Shown piece after piece: positions 41,702 through 64,000 of a DNA stretch of 64,000 nucleotides (position 1 is the first letter of the stretch; the number at the start of each line of letters is the position of its first letter). Source of the DNA: Zygnema circumcarinatum SAG 698-1b (Eukaryota; Plantae; Zygnematophyceae); the NCBI GenBank assembly GCA_037447605.1, contig CM074809.1, forward strand, positions 1,974,689 to 2,038,688, in the 5' to 3' direction. The position numbers and the translations under genes were made by a program. The notes under the pieces were generated by a model, which saw nothing but the letters and a program-made list of their open reading frames with translations, was not told the DNA's origin and ran no database searches.

Positions 41702-41758
41702 GGCTGCCTGCGACTGAGAAAACGAAAAGGAAAGGCCGTCTCAGTGGCCTTCCGCCGA

Positions 41759-41989
41759 TCCCTCCCTCCCTCCCTCCCTCCCTCCCTCGCTTCATCCCTC
41801 CCTCCCTAGCTCCCTCCCTCCCTCGCTTCATCCCTCCCTCCCTAGCTCCCTCCCTCCCTCGCTTCATCCCTCCCTCCCTAGCTCCCTCCCTCCCTCCCAA
41901 CCTCCCTACCTCCCTCCCTCCCTTCCTCGCTCCCTCCCTCCCTCCCTAGCTCCCTCCCTCCCTCCCAACCTCCCTCCCTCCCTCCCTCC
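41759..41989. repeat. 36-bp (CCCT)n-based minisatellite upstream of the esterase ATG
   Basis: Unit CCCTCCCTCCCTAGCTCCCTCCCTCCCTCGCTTCAT, about three near-perfect copies followed by degenerate copies. Confidence 0.9.
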
Positions 41990-42106
41990 CCGCGATGTGC
42001 CGCACATCGGTGACCTTCGCGGTTCTTTCGAGGGCTGCTTTTGATGAGCCTAGGCGTAGGTTTCCGCTCCTAAGTATCCAAAAGTCAAGAGTGATATGGT
42101 CAAAGC

Positions 42107-42868
42107 TTCGAAGAAAGGCAAAAATGCCGTACACTTGACCAATCACAATTTGCCACGTCATAAAAAACACGTGGCAGAAGGTGATTGGCTGTTAGTTGTG
42201 AATGCGATCCGAGGGACTGCCGCAGGCTGGCCAGTCCAGCTCATAATTTTGCGGAGATCCCCTAGGGACGCACGCACTCGCGCGTCCGAGCCGGTTTTTT
42301 GTCGGGACACGTGGGCACGTGCCATTCGCTGGGACCGAGCCCGGAACTGTGATCTGCCGTGGTGCGATCTGCGAGAGAATCGACGGTGGAGATTCACTGC
42401 AAGTGTGAGGGATGGCCACTTGCGAACTATCTCGTGGGGACGGATCTTCCACTCCGACCGGATTCGGGCAGGCCGATATCTTTTTCTCTCAAAAAAAATG
42501 GGTAGTGTTATTTCCACCCCTTTTTTGGATAAAAACAACCCCTCCCGGCTGGGCAGATATTAAAAAGGCTTAAAAACGGACAATGCTTTTTTTGAATAAA
42601 AAAAAATCATCAATTTATTTTTTGTAATTTTATTTTTGTTTTTTGCTTTTTTTGCCATGCGGCCCACGCCAGGCCATGTCATTCTATGCGGCCCATGCAA
42701 TGCCATGCGGCCCATGCCATGCAGGCCATGCCGTGCCATGCGGCCCATGCCAGGCCATGCCATGCCATGAGGCCCATGCCATGCGGCCCATGCCATGCGG
42801 CCCATGCCATGCGGCCCATGCCATGCGGCCCATGCCATGCGGCCCATGCCATGCCATGCCATGCGGCC
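42107..42868. mobile_element. Non-coding composite dispersed repeat, copy 2, including a GCCAT satellite at 42654-42868
   Basis: Shares two ~180-200 bp blocks and the GCGGCCCAT/GCCAT satellite (including a 29-mer variant at 42659) with the 33.0-34.1 kb locus. Confidence 0.55.
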
Positions 42869-43414
42869 GCGCGCGCCTGCGCACGAGAGGTGGGCGAGGG
42901 CTCCGCCGTACGGCTCGAAGGCATGAAGGCCGCCGCCTAGAAGGCGACACCTGCTGACGCTCGCGTGACGCCAGCTAGAGGCGTACGGCCATGATTGCCG
43001 TACATAAATCAATCCTACGTGGCGATGAAGCCAAGTGAGCGCATCTGTAGACTGGCCCTGATTGGTCAGCGGCCGAGCGTTCAAGCCTGGCCGCCCGCCC
43101 GCCCGCCGCGGTGCACCGCCTGTTGACTTGGCGAGCCGCCGTACGGTCCGAGCCCCGCGGGCGGGCGGGCGGGCGGGCGGGTCCGACTGGAATGAACTGA
43201 ACTGAGTTGCAGGCGACCCTGCCCGGCCCGGCCCGGCCCGGCCTGTGAAACGGGCCGGGCGGGGAAGGACGATTCGCCCCCCTTCCTTTCCGTGCGCGTG
43301 CGAGACCGAGGACAGGGTGCCCCGCAGTCCCGCACCACCCTGAAGCGGGCTCTGCCCTCGGCCTGGCTTTAAAGCTGAAAGGCTTGCAGCACGCACGTAC
43401 GCACGCCTGGAGGA

Positions 43415-47050
<3,636 letters not shown>

Positions 47051-47826
47051 TGAATCCCGTATCTTGTAAGTTCTGGACTCTCCAGGATTCAGCCGACAGT
47101 TGCATGGGGTAGTCCCTTTGCCCCGCCTCAAATGTAAAATACTCTTCCGCGTTAAGGCTGCAAATTGAAAGCAGTGGCGGCTGAGATCTAGAGGTAGGAG
47201 AGATGTTAGGTCGTGAGTATGGTGAGTGCTCACTGACGCAAGCTCTTCAAGCGAGCGTGTCTGTACAGAAAGAGACGAATACTTTACCAGTAACGCAGAT
47301 GCAATCTGCAGCAGTGTGTGGATTCCGTAGCAGTTGTACAATTAGAATAGAGCGTTGCTTCTATGCACCGAATGCAGTGGTGAACTTCTTGAGGTCTTTG
47401 TCATGTTCTACATCTCTATGCATTTCTCAAGTGTCTGGTCTTTCCTTCTGCCAGATACCACCCTCGCTCTCGCTCCGTTTATGACATTCCTCTTCTTCTC
47501 TAACCATTGTACATCTTCTGCTATTCTTTAAATGGCGGTCTATATATTTTAAGAGAAGGTGTAGTCACAATATTCATCTCCCCGTCCATAGAACAATCCT
47601 TCGTCCAGAGTCTCCGTTCAACATCGAACCCTCACTTGGCACAGCCAATTGATTCATGACTTTGTTTATTCCTACGCTGTGGACCCAAAGCTAGCTGATC
47701 CATCAGCCAATCACATGCGAGTAGCGGCCCTTCCCCGCCTCGTGAAGGTATCATCTTCCCCGTCCATTTCGAAAGAAGTCACTTCTATATACAATACTTA
47801 TTATAAGATGGGCCTGAGATGTATGC

Positions 47827-50800
47827 TCAGTCAGAGCTGGGCACTCCCAGCCAGTAGAAGGGCTTGAGCAGCCACAGCTGACTGAGGCCCCACGGAAGGT
47901 CATAGAAATGGTGCGAGCGAGGGTCCGGCTTCCCTGTACGGAATTTGTCCCACACGTGCAGTCCGCGGTCCTGCTCACAAACGACCACATCGCTGCAAAT
48001 AGTCAGCATATAGGTCAACAAAAAACTGTCAAATGTAGGCTCCGTGTTCCCGTGGTTTGGGGGTAACTGCCGGCAGAAGGATTAAAAACACACACTACCA
48101 ACTCCGAAGGCAGTATCCAATGACGCAAAGAAATGCCTTTGAATAGAGATAGCTCCGCAACCATACTGAATTCAGATGTGTAACAAAAAATGCAACGGCT
48201 GCACCCATCAATCGTTGAAAGCGACTTTGTCATTCTCCAAAATAGAGATGTTACTAAACATGCACATGACTATTGACGAAAAGTTGAGGTTAAGGTTCTT
48301 AGGGTTTTCCGAGAGACCTTGCGTGATGCGGGGATGGTGTTGTCCAGAAAGAATGCGCAGATGAGCGCCACCGCCATGTTGGTGCTGAACAGCACATTGC
48401 AGATGTCGTTGAACTGCGGAGGGAGGCAGACAGATAGACACAGAGCAATGTGAGCACCTTCGCCTGTGAGTGAGCATACCTCCTCGGCAAGGGCCAGATC
48501 GCAAGGAACCACGAAAAGGAGAGGAAGCTGAGAAGTACAAATACTGTCCGACAAGCTCTCTGTCAGGGAGGACAGAGATTCAGAGATGGAGGAGCTGAGA
48601 AAGGTAGTGGACAGTTAACTTAGTCAAAATGCCTTCTTCTGTAAGCTGAACCCCATAGACGAGTGCATTCTCGCCCAAACAAGCATGCAATTGCATGAAC
48701 AGTTTTCGAGATGGTTATTCAGGTGCTAAGAATTGAGCCTCTCTTGCTTGATGGTGACAATGGGGGCAGACCGCCACAGACCTTTGGTCAGACAATCTGA
48801 AGCCTAACATGCATTTATTGCCCTGGAACAGGCGACTTGAGAACAGAATACGATGAACATTCCTCTATTTCAGGAGAGTTAGATTTTTGTCGAAGCCGTA
48901 CCCAACTCTGGCTGGTTTGAACAGGATAATGCTTGTGCGCAGTGTTGTACTCAGTGAAGTATGCCGGCACAGAGAAGCCCATGAAGAGGGCGAAACCAAC
49001 GACGAAAATGTTGCGTGGAATGTTCATGTTTGCGAATTGGAGATTGGAGAGGCCGACCGCAGCTGCAGGAGGACAACAAATGTAGAATGAATTGATTCAG
49101 TCGTAAATACAGGAAGCATGCTGCCTTTTCGACTCTACTCAGGGGTCAAATGTGTTCCATGGTATGCAAGATGTGCCTTCCAATCATTTATGAAACTTGG
49201 ACTTCTATGTCAGACTTATCAGAAGACAGTGCATGGGAGGGGGAAAAAAAAGCATACCGATGATTCCGAACATGACGCAAAAGAGCCCTCCCACCATTGG
49301 AGAAGGAATAGATGCAAACAGCGCTCCAAATTTTCCTGCAAGGACCCACGTGGGTTGGAGATTTAGAGGCCTCTCACAACAGCCAAACATCTGCTTGCGG
49401 TTGAGCTTGACTCGAATGAATGAGTCAAAATACCCTTTTTTTTGTTTTATTAACGTATAGCTGAAATGCTTTGCAGGATGAGAGAGAATGTAGTTCACCA
49501 ACAATGGAGAAAACGATCATGAGACATGCTCCCACTTGCACCACCCTCCGACTTCCAACTTTCGTGATACCAATGGCACCAATGTTCTCTCTGCAGCGTT
49601 TCCCCCCCTTCCAAACGACTATTTCTCACCAAGGCCAGAATGCAAGAGTTTAGCCTATCAAATTTTACAAGGATAGAAAGAGAACGGGAGAAAGCGGTAA
49701 AAGAATAACAATTGTAAAATCCCTTGCCTTTCCTCATGTTTTGGAGCGAATGAAGGGGGAATGGGGAAGAGGAGGGGGAGGGGAAGGGGGAAACGAAAGA
49801 GGTAAGAACGAGTAAAAACTTACGCATATGTGGTGGACCCGTTGCCTGTGCCGAAGAGACCATCAAGAAGAATGCCAATTCCCTGCAACGGTCACAAACC
49901 CCCATACTTCAACAGAAACTCCAATTGCGAATTCAAATAAGCACATGCTTACGCGCATCAGCATTCATTCACTGCCAAAGTGAAGCCCGACCACAGCCCT
50001 AAAGGCAGCACGCGAGAAGCACGGGAGGGCGGCCCCACCTCCCACCCGATGCCGCGGCTGATCACGCCCGGGGGAGGGGGCGTCGCTCCGGCGATGCGAG
50101 CGCAGGCATAGAAGTCACCGGTCGACTGCGGGCACCCCCTTCCATGCGTCAGTTTGGAATCAGTTAGGAACAAGCTGTGGAACGAAAATTTTCAACAAAT
50201 TCAGTCCATGTAGAGCACGATACTATACGGCTAACAACGTTTCTATGGGTATGTTCCATGGGCGGCCGCAGTTAAACGGCACAGAACGCAGCGCCGACCT
50301 CCACAATGGCCGCGAGCGCGCCCGCGACGATGGCGAAGGCGTGGCCCGCTTTGAAGGTGGGCGCGCCCCACTGCCCCGGGTAGGGCACGCGGAACCTGCA
50401 GGCGGGCAGGCGCAGGGAGGGGAGGGAGGGAAGGTCAGCATGTCGCAGAGAGAGGGAGAGGGAGGGAGAGAGAGAGAGAGGCATGCATGCATGGGATGCG
50501 GTACAAAGGCTGTGTGCGATCGCACAATTCAGGAAGCAGTGCAGGCAATTCAGAAGGAGAAAATGAAAGGATACAAAACAGGCGATGGTTCAAGAATGCA
50601 AGTGCGGTAGAAACTGCAAAAGGACAGAGAGGGGGGGCGAGGGAGAGGGAGAGGAGAGGGATGCTAGCATAGCAGCAAAAGGGAAGGGAGAGAGAGGGAG
50701 GGAGAGAGAGAGAGAGGCGACCCGCGTAGTACCACTTGGCTTGACTGAGCACGTTGCTTTGGTCCGTCCTGCAGCTCGCCTGCGTGGCGGGCTTCGCGTC

Positions 50801-52123
50801 GTCGTAGACGCCCGCCTCGGTGAGGATGATGGCGTAGATCCACGTGACGGCGAGGCCGAGCAGGACCGGGAAGAGCTCGAACACGCGCAGCTTGAAGACC
50901 TGCACGTTCCGAAGGTACTGCGAGAACAGGATCACCGTCACGATCTGGGGAATGCCGATCTCCACACACGCGCCCACCTGCAAAGGGAACACATATACGG
51001 CAAAAGGATAGGCATCGTCACGGTAGTGCTATTGAGAGAGGAAAAAGATGGAGAGAGAGAGAGGGAGAGAGAGAGAGAGAAAAGGGAGCTTCATCGCTAA
51101 CTGGTCTCTGAAACTATCCTTACTGAGTGTGGAGGGTTCGGTGCTCAGTAAACGGAGAGGGGGGGCGAGCTTCTTCACGTGCAAGGATATGTTCTGATGT
51201 TTGTAGAAAAAAAGTGGGAAAACAAAGGGCAAGGCTGTTCACTTATCGTGTATGCATCACATGCGGCCCTTTGCACGACAAGCATGACGTTGATCAAATG
51301 AAATTCCAAGGCGCGAACAAATAGGGTGTGCAGTGGAATGAGAGCTCAAGAAATAAGTTCATTTCAGGTGCTTAAAGGACACTTTACAAAGTTGGAAACA
51401 TACCGAGGGGAAACCAGCTCCGTAGAGGGCCAACCCAATGGAAGCGATCACAGGCGCAATCACTAATGGCCCAATGAATCTGCGCAGTCGGCCGAGGACT
51501 TGAGGCAAACAGTTAATTTTCTCGATGAACTTGCAGCTGCTTTAATCAGAAACTTTTTTCTGCATAGCATTAAGGAACTCTTAGCTTCCAGGCAGTCAAG
51601 AGAGTACTTTTCTAGACCAAAAAGCTGGCATTATCAGCACCTTGATATGAAGCCCATGAGACCGGAGAAGCCCAAAACGATGTGCAGCGAAGATGCTGCA
51701 ATGATCGCTCCTGAAACCGCTCGGATTGTAGCCAGGAAGCGCTGCAGGCAGAAAGAGAGTCTCCAACAGAGAGAGATGGAGGGATCAAACGAGCGAAGGA
51801 GAGAATACAAAGAGAAACCGAGAGGGCGAGGGAGGGAGGGAGGGGAGGGGGAGGTAGAGGGAGTGGGAGAGAGAGAGTGGGAGTGAACCTCGTCGGGATC
51901 TTTGATGGCCTGCAGTTCGGGGTCGAAGATGATGGAGAAGGTGGGCGTGAGGAAGGAGAAGGACCCTCCGATGATGACGGGCAGCCGCGTGCCGAACATG
52001 CTCTGAATGAGCGTGTTGATGCCGGACACGAAGAAGATCGTCTGAATCATCTGCGCCTTGCGCAGCTGCACGCGCCTCCTCGCCGGGCCCATGTTCAGTG
52101 TGTGTGTAAGAGAGAGAGAGAGG

Positions 52124-52173
<50 letters not shown>

Positions 52174-52951
52174 AGAGAATGAGAAAGAGGGAGAAGAGAA
52201 TGAGAGAGAGGGAAGCGGGGAGGAGAGGTAAGAGTAGGAGGAAACGAGAGAGCGGAGAAACGGGGAGAGAGAGTAAGGGGGAGACCAGAGAAGCGAGAGA
52301 GTAGCAGGGGGGGAGAGAAATGGGATGGGGGGAGAGACTGGAGACACAACGGAAGAGAGGATAGGATAGAGGAGAGAGGAAGAGGGAGAGAAGAGAGAGA
52401 GAGAGAGAGAGAGAGGGGAAAGAGAGCGCAGAGCCAGAGAGACACCAGTGCCAAAAGCGTTGAGGGCGGGGGGGTACTCACGTCGCTGCCCCCCATGGCC
52501 GGCACGAGGAGGGAGGGGATGAGCACGGTGGCCCCGAGCATGGTGAGGTAGTGCTGCAGGCCCAGAAAGACCGCCTCGTCTGCAGGGAGCCAAACCATAG
52601 GCTATAATTAGGGTTAAAATCGGAGATTTTCTTTACGGGCGGAACATGCCTTGGAAAATCGCAGGCTGAGAGCAGCCATGGCTTACACCACGGCGGGCAG
52701 TCCGTGACGCCGTAGCGGACCCCCTTGTATTGGTCCTCCACTTTTGCCACGTCATCGTCGTCCTCCCCCTCTGCGCCTGCCCCCCTCCCTCCCTCGCAGA
52801 GGCAGTCACACTCGGGCCCTTGCCCGCACGTGTACTCGCAGACGCGGCCTGCGCGGTCAGGCAGCGCCCTGCACTCACCGGGGACTGCGGCCGCCTCGAA
52901 CTTGTCCACGCCGTCCTCCAAAGTCATTCTGTGCTCCTCGTCCACCGCCAT
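47827..52951 (-). CDS. NAT: Nucleobase-ascorbate transporter (NAT/NCS2)
   Basis: [34 protein letters not shown], signature [39 protein letters not shown] and FLDNTIP. The last exon is [10 protein letters not shown]...SSD*. Confidence 0.93.
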
Positions 52952-53134
52952 GGCTTCCTTCTCCTCTCCTCCCTCTCTCTCTCCCTCTCCTTCTCCCGTC
53001 TCTCCTCTCCTCGCCCAACATCATCACGACGACGCCTTCTGCTACATTTAATCAGTGGCGTCCGGGAAAGTGCCACCTGGCAGCCGGTGATTCGCAGAGC
53101 CTGCCCTCTTCTGTTCACTGATTGCTCCCTGACA

Positions 53135-53545
53135 GTACCACGTGTCAGTGACAGCCAATCACACTGCTCAAAAAACCACGTGGCAGGCTGTGTGCGGTCG
53201 CCAATACGCCGAATCCTGCCGTACGACTGCCTGGCCACCGACCACCAGTCAGACCCATGTGACGTGACGTTTTGTCGGTGCCGTACATTCGTTCACGCAG
53301 CCGCCCTCCCTCACTGATCGCACGGTCAGAAAATCCGAGCGGATGCGGCGAAAGATTGAGACGCCCTGGACCGTCCATCACGAGACGCTTAAACACATCG
53401 ACGGTGCAGCAGCTTGTACGTGTCCAACTCTGTGCAACGCCCCTGGATACGATCCGTTTTCAGCCCTCACATTCTCGGTACGGCCTTGACTTTCTGTACG
53501 GCCGTACAGATTTAATGTCGCCGTACGACAGTGCGGGCCGTACTG
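53135..53545. promoter_or_regulatory. GC-rich island upstream of NAT: G-boxes, CCAAT box and CCGTAC cluster
   Basis: CCACGTGTCA, AGCCAATCAC and CCACGTGGC, seven CCGTAC/GTACGG hexamers at 53219-53543, and an 18-bp palindrome at 53493-53510. Confidence 0.5.
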
Positions 53546-54403
53546 AAAATATCGAGATATATCGCAGTGCAGTTGAGGCCCCTCACTGTCCAGGTGAACT
53601 CGCAGTCGGATTCGTGGACATGTGCAACGGAGGGACGGCGCTACATGTGTGCCCTACAGTACTGCACAACTGAACTGTGTCCCTCAAGCGCTTTGTGATC
53701 ACTGTTCGCCAAAAGCTGAACGAGATCTGAATGAACGAGAAAAAAAAAAAAATGAAATCTTCTTCGTCTTCTTTCTGAATGAAAGAGGATTACCATCGCC
53801 AGTCCATGTCCCCCTTAAACTCCCCTTAAACTCAAGCAAAAAGGAGGAGGGTTAGGCTGAAATCTCGACAGTTCGATGATGGCTTCTTCGAGCCCGCATT
53901 GTAGCCCTCCCGAATGTTGAGATTTCTTCCTTAATTTCGCAACTCTGATTACATTTCATCATTCCCATCTAACCAGGAGATCCCATTCATACTCCAATGG
54001 TTATTTCTCAATTCACCACATCCAGAAACAACAAGACACCAAAAACCATAAATTCAAGGCTATGTCGTCCTTGCCCTGCTCGCGCCAAAAGAGCCACGAA
54101 GGGGCAAAACCGAAAAGTGGCCCGCTGCTGTTCTCAACAATTGAATTAATCACAAAAAATGTGTGTTCCAGTGCGTGCTCCATGTTGCTGAACATTTGCA
54201 GCTCCTCTCCTCGGGGGCGTCCTGACAGGTAAAGCTGCTGACCAGCCGTCTCTCACGAGGGAGGGGGAATCCGGGCAAAAAAGGGGATCCCTGGGACAGC
54301 AAACGAGTTGCGCCGCTCTACAAAACCATGAATAACAATTGACCTATCCTGCCGAATTCCGCCCCTGCATAGCAAGCCCTACACTTTCTCCCACTCCTAC
54401 CCG

Positions 54404-61917
<7,514 letters not shown>

Positions 61918-62525
61918 CTCGCCTGCAGCCCCTCCCCCCGCTGCCTGAAACCCACACCCTTGCGCCTTTTCCCTTCCTCCTCCCCAGCCGAGTCCTCTAC
62001 CAACTCCCACACCCTCGAATGAGAACAGAGAGAGAGGGGGAGAGAGAGAGTTAGAGCGCCCTCCAAGCCGCCGCTGCAACGCTTCCTTTCCCCCCCTGGG
62101 AAAACTCTCGCGGGAAGGGAGGCAGGCGCCGCTGGCGCGCGCCTTCCAGGAACCTGCGCCGCCTGGGAGCGCGCCGCTCAAGAGGGCTCCACGTGGCAGC
62201 GGCTCCCGTGGCTTCCAGAAGCCTGCGAGTAAAAAAGCTGCCGCCTGTAGCACCGCCACGGCCAGCTGTAGCGGTGGATGGTGCACAGCTACAGCGAGCG
62301 CTACAGGCGGGCCGCTGCCTGCCCATCAACCAGCTATGGCCATTAGTCGGAGCCAGTCACGACCAATGCTGGAGCTTTCGCATTAGCTATGGCTAATCAT
62401 CCTAGTGAAGGCCAGACTGCTTTTTGTGCTCGGTATAAATAGCGACTAGTTAGGTTTTAGTCAAGACCAGACCATTTTATAAGTAAGAAGTTAGTCTGGT
62501 CTAGACTAGATCTTAAATATAAAAT

Positions 62526-62747
62526 ATTTCCGCCATAGTGCGACTCAATTCCTATAGTGCGACTATATTCCCATAGTGCGACAAGCATGTAACTCGCGCG
62601 TCGCATGGGGATCGAGTCGCACTGTGACGCAAAAGTTGAGGAACTAAAAACCGTCACTTCTACCTCGCATCGCAGGTGCGACCTCGCAAGCACGTCGTCG
62701 CAATAGTGTCGCACTATGATGAAAAGGTCGCACTATGGGCACGAAAT
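62526..62747. mobile_element. Small foldback/MITE-like element with 19-bp-periodic subterminal repeats
   Basis: The termini ATTTCCGCCATAGTGCGAC and GTCGCACTATGGGCACGAAAT are imperfect inverted repeats. CYATAGTGCGAC occurs at 62533, 62552 and 62571; inverted GTCGCACTATG occurs at 62708 and 62727. Confidence 0.65.
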
Positions 62748-62998
62748 CGAGGCTCTGGGAGTTAGGATCTGCTTCTAGCCTCAACAACGCGGCCCAAGAA
62801 GCAGCCGCGAAGGTTGTTGTTGCAGCGCCCTCCATGCGTGGGGCTGCCACTTCTCCTCTAGCACTTGTAGAACTCGACATTTTCAATGAATTGCTCAATC
62901 ACACAAAGCACACTAAATGCAAGAGAACAACTCAGCGGAAATATGAAAATGTCAGGAGAAAGCCACCAGCCTAAAACTCCTTAAGATAACGATGAAAT

Positions 62999-63008
62999 NN
63001 NNNNNNNN
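62999..63008. other. Assembly gap (10 N)
   Basis: Run of N in the sequence. Confidence 1.
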
Positions 63009-64000
63009 GGCTCCACACTTTGTCAACATACAACCGTGCAATCTCGTCGGCCCCAGCTGTCTTAGTAGTGGGTGCAAAATGCACCATCTTGCTGAGCCGA
63101 TCGACAAAGACGAGGATGGAGTCATGCCCCCGAGGTGTCACAGGAAGATCTGTGATCAAGTCCATACCCACACTATCCCATTTCCGAAAAGGAGGTGTGA
63201 GGGGTTGCAGCTGGCCAGGGATCCTGCCAGTGCGGGGTTTGTTTCGTTGACAAGTTGGACAAGCGAGTACATACGCTTTCACATCCCTCGAGAGTCCAGG
63301 CTATCTAGTAATTTTTTGGAGGTTAGTTGGTATGGAGTTCCTGTAATCCCATGCGTGACCCCGGCACTTAGATTATGAAGCCTGACTCAGGAATGAGCGC
63401 TGGGCATCTTGCTGCATGATGACTGCTGGCCGTGGCACTGAAATTTATCTTCTCACACCACTTTGTCCTTACACACCTGCTATCCAGGAATAAACATCAC
63501 CAGGATACCCTTCTTATCATCTGCCCAGATTGAGAGAGAGCAGGCAGGGTTGGTACTGCTGTCACTTGTGGGGAGGGATCTATGACAAAGCATACTGGAG
63601 ACGGAGATTCGGGGTTGGCCGGCCCCTCACCTCTGTCATCTCGTTCCACCAACACTCGAGTCGACGAGCGCACCATCCAGGCAAGATGCCGAGGCTGCCT
63701 ACTCAGTGGGTCTGCAACATTCAGCCTTCCGGCTGACAACTCACCGGCAGCTCAGCCTCTGAGGAGCTCAGATGCTGTGCCTTGCCCTTCACAGAGTAGC
63801 CGCCTGGGTAGAGAGAACGCCAGCGGCGGGTCAGTGACCACGTGACCGCCTCCGCCCCTCAAGAGGACCGCCATGTCCTTAGGGCCTGACCACTGCAGGC
63901 ATCTCCTGTCTCTCCAGTATAGTCGCGTTAACTGGGTTCATTTTGCGACTTTCATACGCCAAAGGTTGGCCATCTTGAAACAAGACGGCACCCAAGGCGA
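63009..64000 (-). mobile_element. Degenerate Ty3/Gypsy LTR retrotransposon pol fragment (RNase H to integrase)
   Basis: LGAVLFQDGQPLAYESRKM (RNase H), GRLNVADPLSR, CPTCQRNK, LQPL..P.RKWDSVGMDLITDLP and ILVFVDRLSKMVHF (integrase). Stops and frame breaks lie between the blocks. Confidence 0.9.

Noticed and set aside
62644-62898. Possible LINE ORF1 N-terminus (MSSSTS...SWAALL)
   Set aside because: Only a vague motif resemblance, with no RRM, zinc knuckle or ORF2 evidence.

Overview
Eukaryotic, intron-rich, gene-dense plant-lineage DNA with no prokaryotic operon structure. Green-plant-type genes, short introns and (GA)n tracts suggest a streptophyte alga or early-diverging land plant (inference). 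Nine spliced protein-coding genes can be followed exon by exon: HDA5-like deacetylase with a GGCT-like tail (+, 5' part not located), bacterial-type GH31 glycosidase (-), ePHD plus Su(var)3-9-type SET protein (+), EMC3 (-), MFS transporter (+), NXPE/PC-esterase-like SGNH protein (-), ALDH3 (+), nucleobase-ascorbate transporter (-) and ER-type Ca2+-ATPase (-). There is also an intron-containing RPF2 fragment, a degenerate Ty3/Gypsy relic beside an N-gap, a foldback MITE-like element and several satellites. The least explained signal is a family of GC-rich intergenic islands (about 13.1-13.6, 22.2-23.1, 33.0-34.7, 42.1-43.2 and 53.1-53.6 kb) built from a shared set of modules: CCAAT-N9-CCACG (ERSE-like) units, CCGTAC clusters, AACGG/G-box repeats and a hierarchical GCCAT satellite. 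Two of these islands share homologous blocks in different order and orientation. All coordinates and exon joins were read by eye; no database searches were run.
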